Positions 18,835-30,800 of a stretch of 64,000 nt of DNA are shown here, in pieces; position 1 is the first letter of the stretch; the number at the start of each line of letters is the position of its first letter. Below the pieces are notes generated by a model, which saw only the letters and a program-made list of their open reading frames with translations, did not search any database and was not told the origin of the DNA. The position numbers and the translations under genes were made by a program. Source of the stretch: Rhynchopus sp. YZ270_cl-10. Lineage: Eukaryota. The stretch covers positions 1,364,001 through 1,428,000 of the forward strand of contig OZ037846.1 of NCBI GenBank assembly GCA_964035575.1, given 5' to 3'.

Positions 18835-21800
18835 ATGAGCGAAATCGATCTGGAAGATCAAGTAGCGGGGTTGCTGTTCAGGGCGAGACGGTTGCTCGGC
18901 TTCCCAGATTACGATACCCCCGAAGTGCTGAACGTGCAGGAGTCTTCCTTTTTTGGGGAGGGTGCGTTCTTTGGGTCGGGAGCTCATGATCTCGAGAGGT
19001 GGTGCAATGGGGGCGAGCATTTCGAGTTTGTCGCGCAATGGTTGAAGATGGATACGGCGGGGGAGAAGCCGCAGGCTGAGCAGAGTACACACGTGTTTAG
19101 CTTCGCTCCGACACCTACCCCACCTCGATCAAAAGTGTCTATAGGTTCTTCTACCAGGAACAACATTCTCCAACGTCTGCACCCTACTCGCATTGACGCC
19201 CTCGCATGCTCTTTTGATGTGACTCCCATCTCCCGTTCCGCCAGCAATGCCTCCTGTCTTTCATTTACCCCACGCAGAATTTCGCAATGTGGCTGGAGAG
19301 AGCCCCTTCCAGGCAAAGAAGAGCTCAACCCAGAAGGGATCCTGCTCATCGCGCGGGAAGGGGCGAAGATGGTTCTGATAAAACAACTGCCCGAGAAGGC
19401 GATGGAACAGCGTTGTGCCTTTTTTATTAAATCCTCAGCATCGGGACGTTCTGCACAAAGCGCCCCGGCAGCATTTAATTGTGGACTCATCCCTGCTGGA
19501 TGCAGCCGACCTGCCCTTGAGGCTCTTCTTCTCAAACTTGCGCGAACATTTATCGGAGGGTGTCTTGCCACCGCAAAGAAACCAGATGCTCTAAAGGTCT
19601 TCGAACAAGCTCTCAATCCCAAAGCCGAAACTGAGCTTTCCTCCGTTCATTCCAAACCAATTTTTAAAGTTATTTCTGCAGCACAAAGTGTTCCAATGCC
19701 CGAAGAATTTGACCCAGCTAACATCGACGTCCTCGCAGTAACCTGGATCAAGCATATCAAAGACCTTCTTGCGCAGGAACCACAAAAGTGTTCGGTGCAA
19801 CGAGAAGCAGATTTTTGGAGAGAATTGGCGGCGCATATAGTATACACAAAGGCGCAGTTTCAAGAACCCAAGGTGGCTGCGGTGGTACGGCGGTTGAGAG
19901 AGCATGGATCACTTCTTAGCGTCACATTGGATTCTTTATTGAAGAGTTTAGAAGGAGAAGCGCAGAAGAGGATGAAATGGTCCAGCTATCTTGCACCTCT
20001 CGCGGTCTATCGAGAACAGATTTCTGCACGGCTGAATTTATTTCCAGAATCGACCCACTCAAACCGAGCACAAAACGAACGAAACCAAATTTTCACCGAT
20101 CTTTTCGCCACCATTGGATGCCTCGCAGAATATTCTGACTACGCATCGGTCGGACGACTCACCGCGTTATTCCTCCAATTCGCAGACCTCATAAGCGATG
20201 AGGTGGTCACATGGCTCTCAAAATCTCCTTCATCTCTAATCATCCGCAATATGGACATCGCAAAAGAAGTGCTCTGCGCCTTTAAGGAAACTTTTTTGGC
20301 GCAGAGAGTTGAAAAAACCATTTTCAGGGTCTGTCCAGTCAAAGCGCCTTTCGTAAATCTTGACAGTGCAGTGGAAAGGATCAGAGATGTGCATGAGATG
20401 GTTTCATCGCGGGCATTGGCGTTTACACAAATTTCTGCTCATTTACCGCATGGAAATTCTCAGAAAAATATTCAGCATTTAGTGCAATTGCGACTAGAGA
20501 TGCAGAACATTCCGTTTATCCCGCAGAATTTGTTCCGGCATTCGGAAGAATCGTTTGACAAGGTGTATTCGTTGAATAACAATGAAATAAAGAGTTTTGA
20601 GTCGCGTCTTGGCATTCTTTTGGAAGATGTGGTAGCGGACACAGCGGTATCGACCAGGGCGTGTGAGGTGATTGAGGTGTTCAAAGCGTTGAAGGACCGG
20701 AGGCATTTCCGTACGTCATGGAGGCGGGCGTGCGAGGTGGCATTGGCGTTGTTCCAAAAGGAGATTTCACAGTGCAAAAGGAAGATCCGCACCGCATTGC
20801 AAGAAAAGCATGGGTTTTCGCGTCTATCCCGCGCTGTTCCAATGTGCGCGCAGTTTGTCTGCCTCGCAGATAGTGTCATCGAAAGAATGGACCCTACCCC
20901 CCTCCTCCGCCTCCTCCCACCCAACCCCACCACCGAAGAAGCGACCGAGCTCATCGCGAGGGTACAACTTTTAAAAGAAAAGGAGTTGCGCAAATGGTGT
21001 GAAAAGGCGTCGGCGATAGTATCCTCAATGAAGCCAGGTCTGCTCCGTCACGTCCAACACGAACGATTTCATGAAGTCACCGTCGTTCTTGACCCCTCAG
21101 TGGTCAAAGCTGTCAACGAAGGTATCGTATTTAAAAGGCTAGATAAAGACTGTTTCATCCCAGATGCAGTAGAAGATGTCCTAGAACGGTGGGGTTCCGT
21201 GAAAATGCGGAAGCAACGACTCCAGCAGGTGTGCTTTCAGTTTTCTGCGGATCTACGCAAAATCCCGCCGGTGTGGCAAAAGCTTTTGGATTATGAGATC
21301 AAAAACGCACTTTTGGTGTTTTCGCGGGATGGGGTGGATGTTTCGGATGTATTCTCTGGGTCTTTGTCGAACGTAAATTTGGACGAATGCCTCACCTGGG
21401 TGGGAGGCAGTGAGGTGGACGCGTTTGTCTCGAATTGCGAAGAAGCGGGGGCGTTAGTCTCGCGCGCCGTGCGTATCCTCCATGCACCATTGGAACGCAT
21501 AAACGCTTCTTTTGTCGCTTTTGACAACAGCGATACCCTCTTCCCCTTCGATTCCCGCGTCGGAAACCATACCTTAGTGCTTGGCCCCGAATGGACTGCG
21601 TTCTACGAAGCAAAACGAGAGGAGCGGTTCGAAAAACTAAAGCAGATACCTCCGGACCTCATCTCCGAGAGTCTTGACCAGCTCAATGAATTCCGCGGGG
21701 TGGAAAGGGTGTCGGAGCTTGACGAGGAGTGGCTGGAGTATTCACATCAGGTCTGCCTTTCTGCGCAAAAAGGCGTCGTTAAACTCGTTGAAAATGCGTT

Positions 21801-24800
21801 AAAACGGTTGAAAAAACAGCTATCAAAGAACGACACCGCAGCTATCCCACTCATCTCATTTTCCCTCACGCTCAATGGGGATGACGCGCAGTTTACCCCA
21901 TCCAAAGAAAAGGTTACCGCCGCAGCAGATGCCATCATCGAAGACATTCTCCGCTATCCTGCATTAGTACCAAATTTTGGCAATCCCGAATGTCTTACCG
22001 GCAATGTGACCTCGGAAGGAAGCGTTTCCAGTCTTGTCTCCGCAATAAAATCACTGCTAAGCGAGGAGCTAGACGAGGCTGCATCGTGTCTGGTGTTCTT
22101 TAATTCGCAGATCCAGAGGTGGGGGCAGGTCTTTCGGGGTAAAAGCCGGAACCCAGTTTTAGGGAACGGTCTTCTTGCGACAGATGAGCTTTTATATGCG
22201 GCAATGGGGAATAGTCAGCGACGTCATACCCCGTCTCCTTCGATTATGGTTGATGCCGAGGTTGAGCCGAGTGAGGTGCTTTCGAAATTGTTGAAAGATT
22301 GCGAGGCTGTGGCGGCGGCGCTGCGGAGGTTGCCTTCTTCATTTACGTTTGGAGTGTTTTTATTGGATACATCGGCATTAAAAACTGCGCTCGCAAACCG
22401 AGCTGGCGAAGTGCACAGAAAGGCCGTCGAAGACGCCCATCAAAAGGTAGAAGCGTCACTAAAAGAACTAGAGACAGAGCTCCAGACGACCTACGAAACA
22501 ATCTCCCTCGCTGCAACGAACCCTGCCGTCACACCCTCCGACCTCTTCACGGTGCTCCGCGAAATCCGCGACTCTTTTACCAAAGAAGCTAAGGTCCATA
22601 GCACGCTCGAACCACTGCTTTTATTAATTCGGGTCCTCAAAAAGAGACACGCCCTTCCTGCGCAGGTTATCTTCAGCCTGCTTGATCGGAGCGAAGTTAT
22701 TCCGGAATTATGGACCAGAATTAAAGGAAGAATCGGGACACTACGCACCTCGATCAGCAGTCTCCAGGATAAGGAGGTGATCAACTGGATGGAGGACCAT
22801 GAGACGTTCAGCAAGCGCGTTGCTCTCTACGTTGTTTCCGCGTCGCAACGTCTCCCCAACTCCATCAGCCTTCTCGACAAGAACCCCTACGAGCAGCTCT
22901 GCCTCGTCCGAGCGGAGGTGGTCCTTCTCCTCCTCGAAGAAAAAGAAATGTTAAAGGTCGGTTCCATGCTTGAAATCATTCAAACCCCTTCTAAAGAGTT
23001 GGAGCGATTTGGGGAGGTAGTGTCGTCTCTCAAGACGCTGTGGGATCTGGTGTGCCATATCACGTCTTGCCTCCAGGAGCATGGTGAGGGGCTTTTTTCA
23101 AATTTTTCTCCAGAAACGTTGACAAAGGTGATCGATGCCCTCGAAGACCTGGTAGTAGCGGAGAGCATCACCGTAAAAGGACATCGCCTTTACGAGCAAC
23201 TCAGCGAATCGCTTGCGGAATGGAAACGGCATGTACCTCTTCTCGTAAAACTGCATTCTTCTGCGTTCAGAACAAGACATTGGAACAGTCTGTTAGATTC
23301 ATGCAGAAAGGAGCGCTGTCGACATGGAGACCATACTCTGATATGCATCATTGAAAGTGGAGTTTCGCTTGGACACGCAAAACTAAAAATTCTGTTGAAG
23401 CAGAGCGAGAAGGAGAACATCACAGAGCAGATTGTTCTGGCGGTATATTCATCATGGATTAAACGGAACCTGCCTTTGCGGTGGAACGGCGCCACCATGG
23501 CGAGGACCTGGTCGCTTGACGTATCCTTAACCGAAGAATTGATAGCATTAGCAGAAAGCGATCGCATCGCATTACACGGAATTGAGAGGGATCCGGCATC
23601 TGCACCACATCGAAGCAAAATCCGGCGTTGGCTGGCCAATCTTGATGTTGTGTCTACCGTCTTCCGTGATTGGCTTGAGGTGGAAGCGCAATGGACGGAG
23701 GTGATATATAGTCTGCACTCCGACTACTATTTAGATGGTTACAAAACGTTGCACAAAACCTATCTTTATCAGATGGCGAAGATACATTGCAAGGAAGATA
23801 CCAGGCGGCCGTACCCATTCTTTGAAGCGCTGCAGCTGATGAAAACGTTTTTGAACAAACCTTCTGGAATACGCAGTATGCTTGCGGAGCTTGAGGGTCG
23901 GATGCAGCTTCGTATTGAATGGTGCTGCACCGCCCAGCCGAGGCTTGCTGTGCTGTCGGACCACAAAATAAAACAGCTTCTCGCGCTCGAACAAAACCAT
24001 ACCGAGGTTTTGAAGATGTTCTCCTTGATCGCCCCTGGCTGTGCTGTTACTATGTTCTCTGATGGAGAGAAGGGGGTTATACGGCAGCACACAGAGGTGA
24101 CGGGGTTTCAAAGCTTAGACGGAGTTGATACCTTCACGCTGGGAGAGCCGTTCGCATGCATGGGGTCGTTGGATTCATATTTTTCTGGGTTGCTCGATGC
24201 AGTGCATCGTGGCATGCAAAAACAAATGGAAGATGCGTGGGCAATGGTAACAGATATTCCGCGAGCAGAATGGTGTATAAACTCTATCACCCAAACAGTC
24301 ACCTTAGCAGCGCATCTCGCATTTTACTCTGATGTCAACACAATGTTCGATCAGCTTGAAAATGGAAATCCAGATACCTACAACAGCTTGCACAGCGCCC
24401 TCACAGTGCGCATCAGAATGCATGCAGGGGTCCTCCGCGGGGTAGGTGGAATGCAGTCTTACATCTGCTCAATAGCAGCCCTCGTTTCGCTTGATGTAAA
24501 TGATAAAAAACGGATTTCTTCTCTTCTGACGGTGGAACTTCATCATCGCGACATTTTGGATTGTATCATTGCGCAAAAGGCGGTACGGTGCACAGACTTC
24601 GCGTGGGATACCCAACTCCGCATTGGTTGGGACACCGAGGGAGGCGCTCCGGTTGCTTCTGGTCCGTTTGGTGTGTCGATGGAGCTTGGCAGAGAGTTTG
24701 TATCCTCCGCAGTAGGTATCCCAATCATTACTACCCCTGAGACGCACCGATGCAGAACCATGACCTTAGTTGCCATGAGAATAGGTACGTGCCCAGCGCT

Positions 24801-27800
24801 TTTTGGACCTTCTGCGGTGGGGAAGGTGGAAATGGTGCATGATCTGGCAAAGACGTTAGCACACCATGCGATAGTGTTAGTATGCTCGCAAACGTTTGAG
24901 GCGAAGCTGGTGGGGAGAGTGTTTTTTGCTGCATCTAGGCTTGGGGCGTGGTTAATTGTAGCACGGTGCGCGCAGTTAAGTCTTCAAAACTCAATTCTTG
25001 TGGCAAATCATGTTGCAGAGATTTTGCAGCTCCAACGCCAACAGCGTACCAGAGCTAAGGTTGCTGTTACTTTGGTCAAAAACCAAACCGGATGGCAGCC
25101 CCTGCCTGCCCCTTTGGTTAGCCTCTGTCAGCCTGTCTGTCTGGTCCAGGCTAGTATTACTTTGCTTGCGGTAACGGCGTTTGCGTCTTTTGGCATGAGA
25201 AATGCAAAGCATCTCGGAACGCAGTTGGGTGCGTTCTACGATCATGGGCAAGAGTTGCTTCCGGAGCAGTCCTGGGGGATCCCTACTTTGCGTACAGTGC
25301 TGATTTTAACCCGCGCCCGCTGGAAGGCGACCAACGAAAACGAAAAAACCGTCGTCTCCGGGGCGATCCACATTGTCCACATCGCCTCCCTCGGCGGGGA
25401 GGACCTTGCTGTGGCGGGGCACCTTCTGCGCTCCCTCTTCTCAGCTACCCCACCCCAGGCTGCCTCCCCCATTGTCGACACGATCGTCTCAATGGGCTAT
25501 TCTACAGGTGAAGGGGGAGAGTTTGGCGCAATCTGCAATCGGTTAGTCGCAGGGCTCGCCTTGCAGAATGGAATTTGCATTATTGGGCCCCCAGGGTGCG
25601 GGAAAACGGTGATGTGGAAGGTGGCGGTTACTGCGTTGGGGTGGCCGAAAGCGACAGTATTGTTTCCGGCAGCGTCTCCGTTGCCAGCGTTTCACGCTGC
25701 GTTGCGGGCAGCGAAACTGCAAAATAAAAAGATGATTGTGCTGGACGGCACCCCTGCGCAGTGGCTTGACGATTTGTCGTTGAATCTAGATGAGAGGATG
25801 GCAAATTCGCTGATAAACCGAGACTGTCGTTTGGTAGTAGAATGCGAGCATCTCCGAGACGTCTCGCCTTCGGTGGTAACCAGGGTTGGTATCGTCTCGA
25901 TTCGTGGAGTAGACGTGGGGTGGTTGGGGGTGAAGGACAGATGGTCCCAGAATCTGTCAAAAGAGTTTCGGTCGGCGGTGGATTTTTTGTGCGATACGCA
26001 TCTTGCCATGGTGTTTGAATGGCACCGAAAATACCTCGCAACACAAAACGAACTGAGCCTCCTCCAAACCATCCTCAGCACCATCGACACCCTGTTGCTT
26101 CGCGTCAAAAAGACCTCCGCGTCCTCTGTCGATGCGGTCTTTGCGGTTTCCGTATTCTGGAGTATTTTAGCGCAGATTTCTACGTCTGGGGAAGCAGCAT
26201 CGTTACTGTCCTGGTGGAGACGAGAGTTTCCTTTAGCAGGGGTAATCCAAGACCCAACCAACCAGCCTCGACACACCTTTTTGGATTTATACAAAACGCT
26301 GTTCAGTATGGGCGACACCATTACCCCGATGTTTGAAAGAACGCTTCTGGAGCTGACCCCCGAGCAGGTCTACGCTACCTGCTATACGGTGCTGCTCACC
26401 GCGAAACAGCGGTCCGTCTGTCTGATAGGCTCCCCCGGGAGCGGCCGGTCGAAGGTGTTGTCATCGCTACCTCAAACCCTTTTTGTGGAAGGGTCGGCGA
26501 CAACGCAACGAACTGCGTGGTCTGGCGTAGATAAAGACCGTCAGGTGGTGGTTTGTATTGATGATGTCAGCACACTTCCCGCGACCACAAAGGAATCAGT
26601 CCGCGAGAGCCTTGCTATCAATGCTGGAGTAACCTTCGTTATGGTTGCCTCTGCGCAAGACCCAACCTTCGGATCTCCTCGCACAGCAATGCAGCTTACT
26701 GCGTTGCATCTAAGCGATGAGGATGGTGTCCTTGAGGCAATAGCACAGCGCATCTCCGAGCATTTTACCGTAGATCCATCCGGAAACAGTTCACCACAAA
26801 CGATAGCGTTGCCTCTGTTTGTTTCAAAGGCGAAATCAGCGTTTTCGGAGGAAGTTCAGGTGGCAGGGTCCTCTCTGGGAGAGGCTTCTGTGCAGTTTGT
26901 CAAAAGAGTGGATTTTTCGGAGAAGCATTCGGTGATCAGCATGCATAGAACGCAGGTGTTGACGAAGCTGCAGCAGAGGCTTGTTGTGGCAACTCCGGCA
27001 AGCATCACTTCAAGGTCGAAATTGGTGTGTCTCTGGCGGTATGAGGTGCGGAGGTTGGTGCACGATGCATTTCTCAACCCACGCCAGCCGCAGGATTTGC
27101 ATGAAACTTTGGACGAAGTGACGGTTTCCATATTTGATTATATACCGGAAAATGTCTTTGGAGATGAAGATGACACCGAAGAAGATCCGCCCGAACCATG
27201 CCCTGTCGCACCCTCAGCACCACGCCCCCCAAAGACATATTGGGTCCCCATTTCGCGCGGCTCCTGGAATACCGTGAACAAAGAGAAGTTTCCTACCAGC
27301 GCAAAGGACACCCTCGACGCGGTCAGCAAAATCGACAAACGCAACCCTTCGCTTTGCACCAGCGTTTTGGTCAAACACATCACCAGCGTTGCAGACTGTC
27401 TTATGACTGACATGAAGGTCACCATAATAACCGGACCGCGTGGTGTAGGAAAGCATTACGTAGCTGTGCAGGCGGCAAGACTTCTCAAAAGCACCCCAAT
27501 TACTTATGAAGGGGATGTCACATATCTCGGACAGTTAGGGCTGCAGGGGCCGAAGCTGCAGGATGTGCTCATCGTGAAGGAGTCGCGGGTCACCTGCAGT
27601 TCATTTTACGAAGAGCTGTCTGCCCTGCGCAACGTCAAGATCATCTTCATCTGCAACAGCTGTACACCGTATCTCCAACGACTTCGAGGCGAGCACGCAG
27701 GACTCTTCAGCATCTGCCACCAATACGTCATGCGCGAACTCCCCTGCCTCACAAAATTCGAGCTCGTCTGCAACCATCTCCAAAGCGAACGCCAAACCAA

Positions 27801-30800
27801 CAGCATCCAAAACCTCCAGGGTGCAGCACGCTTCATCGTTAAGGTCCACTATAGCAGCACAAAGCATACACGAACCTGTGGATACGGAATCTCCACTGTG
27901 TTTGATTTGGTGCGCGCTGTGGGTCGTATTCACCGTGAAACTTCGTTGCGCGATGCGATTCGTAAAAAGGCCGTTAGTGAGGGTTTATCGAAGTCGCGAG
28001 CAGCTACAGGGCAGACTGCGATTCTTGAAGCAAGGTTGATACAAGAAAGCTCGCTTGCAAAGGTGCAGGCGAAGACCACGGAGCGGGTCGCGGATATTCA
28101 TGAAAAGGCAAAGCGGAATTTCAGTGAGCACGTTATCGGGCAAGACCTTCACAAAAAACGCTGTGACGCGACCGCAGCGGAATCCCATAAGCTCAACCGC
28201 GTCATCCTCCAGGAGCAGCTTGCTGCAAAACCGTTTCTCGAGGCTGCGTCGACAGCGTTGCGTTCAATTGATAAATCTGCGTTGTCGGACCTCCGCTCGC
28301 TTGTCAAGCCGCCACCCGATGTGATCGCAGTATGCATCTCTGTCATGATCATGACTGCCGACGGCCGCATCCCAAAGGAACGTACCTGGAGTGCTCTGAA
28401 AAAGACGATACAAAGCCCTGCACAGTGGTTGCAACAGATCAGCTCATTGGATCTGAACAACCTCCCCCCTATGCAGACCGACTACGTCTCGAAGATGATC
28501 AACGAAAACAAACACCAATACCAGCCGAACAATCTGTTAATCCGTTCCCCCGCCTGCGCTGCGCTGTGCTCCTGGCTTATCAATGCCATTGCGTATCATG
28601 AATCCCGCGTAATCATTCGCCCTAAAGAAGAAGCCGCCCACGAACTAAAACAAACCCTAGAAGGATACAAACAGACTCTCACCAAAATGAAGGAAAAGTC
28701 GAAGGTGCTAAAGGTGGCGGTCGACCAGGCCTTTCAGGACCTTTCTGCGTCGGAAGATCAGTTTGACAAACACTCACTCAATGCGGAGCAAATCGAAGCC
28801 CGTCTCGGGTGCGCAAAGGCTCTAATGGATGCCCTAGGGGAGGATGATAAATGGAGCGACACCTTGCAGAAGGAGCAGGAGTGGGGGGTAGGCGATGTGC
28901 TGCTCTGCGCGGCTTTGGTGACGCACGGTGGAGGCCTTTCGGAAGAGGCGAGAGCGACGTTGGGTAGAGAATGGATCACTGCCTTGGAAGAGATGAACTT
29001 GCCACTTCTCCAACCGGTTCTGCCACTACTGCGACCAGCTGACGCAGCGCTCTGGACGATGGCGGGGCTGCCGCAAGATAATTTTATGCTTGGCTCTGCA
29101 ATGGCTGCCACCACCTCCGCTCGGCATGTTCTCATGATTGACCCTCAATCTCTTGGTTGGCAATGGTTAAATACATTGTATCCAGATGTGCTCGTGGCAT
29201 CCTATCAGTCAGAAGATTACCATGATGTGCTGTTAAAAGCACTGTCGGAAAGCGCTCCAGTAATCTTGACGGATGTGTCCGGACGGCTTCCGGTCTGTTA
29301 CGACGCATTGCTGGGAACGCCGTCGGTGGTCACGCGGAACCATACTGTGAAGATATCCCTGCGGGGAAGGAGGTTCACGGTGCGGGATTCATTCAAAATT
29401 TTTGCGATATCTCCACTCATAGCGACGAACCTGCCGATGGAGCTGTTGACGCATTTTAATGTTGTCAATTTTTCGGTTTCGGAGGATTTTATAAAGGACA
29501 CTCTTTTAACTGAAGTTATGAAGCACACTTCGCCAGAAGCCGAGGCAGCGTACACAGAGATGAGACACGAGGTGAACAGCAAGACCATCGAAATGCAGAC
29601 GTCTGAAGAATCACTACTGCAGACTCTTGCCGCAGCTGATGGAGAGCTGCTTGACAAACCCGAACTTCTCAATGCTCTAAAGGAATTGAAACAGAACACT
29701 ATCACCATTAACTCCGCGATTGGTAAGTCGAAAGACGCACTTCACGCATTGTCCCTAGAGCGCGCAGAATACGAATCGGTAGTGATGCGGCCGTTTTATT
29801 TGATTCTTCAGGCCCTTAAGCTCGAAGGTGTGTCGGCACGATATGTGTTCTCGATTGAATGGTTTAGGGTGCTGTTCGCGAGTTCGTTGGCAACTTTTTT
29901 GAAAAATGGTAAAATGGCAGTTTCATTGAATAGCTCCAATTTGCAGAACGAAGGTGGCGCAAAATTTGCCGATATCGGAGTCAAAACGACCGCAGATTTG
30001 TACCGCAATCTTATTATGTCCATCGAAAAATCGGATCTACCTGCCTTCGCTGCCTCTCTTTGCCTTCACATATTAAACGCAGAACAGCCTCAACGGGTGT
30101 CCGAACGGTTATTAGATGTCTTCATGAATGGGCCTACTTTGTTAGAAACTGGGCCTTTTTTTGAAAACGGTCCTATATGGTTGAGTGAGTCGCAGTGGAG
30201 AAAATGTCTGGCTTTGGAGGAAACCTGTGGTGATGACTTTGCTGGGTTGACGCATGATATACGGTGTCACGACCGATGGGCAGAATGGGTTCACATCTCG
30301 AAGGCGGAATGCGAAGCGTTTCCTGGAGAATGGCAGCGTCTCTCTCTGTTTCAGGGCCTTCTGCTCATAAAATGCCTCCGCCCGGACCGGCTCTGCGCCG
30401 CAGTCGAAACCTTCGTCCGCGGGGAGCTAGGAAAACCCTTCGTCACCGCCCCAGTCGTCCACATCCCCGATATTTTAGAAGGCCCCATGCACGTTCCCTG
30501 CATTCTCATCTGGACACACTATCAGATAGACCTATTGGCTGCGACCGAAGCATATTGCAAAAGACTCAAAAAGAGTGTATATAAAATGAGGGGCTGCGAA
30601 CCCGATGCGGAGGAGCTGCTGGCGAAGGCGTTTGGGCGTGGGGGGAGTGTTATTGTATGGGATGTGCAGGCAGCCTCGGGGCTGTTGTTGAGCTTGGTGA
30701 CGTTGTTGCGGACTGAGAGGCCGCATGATTCTTTTTTGTTCATTTGCGCGGCGGAGGCAACGGAGGTGGAGACGATCCCTCTGTCGTACCTTAGGGTCTG

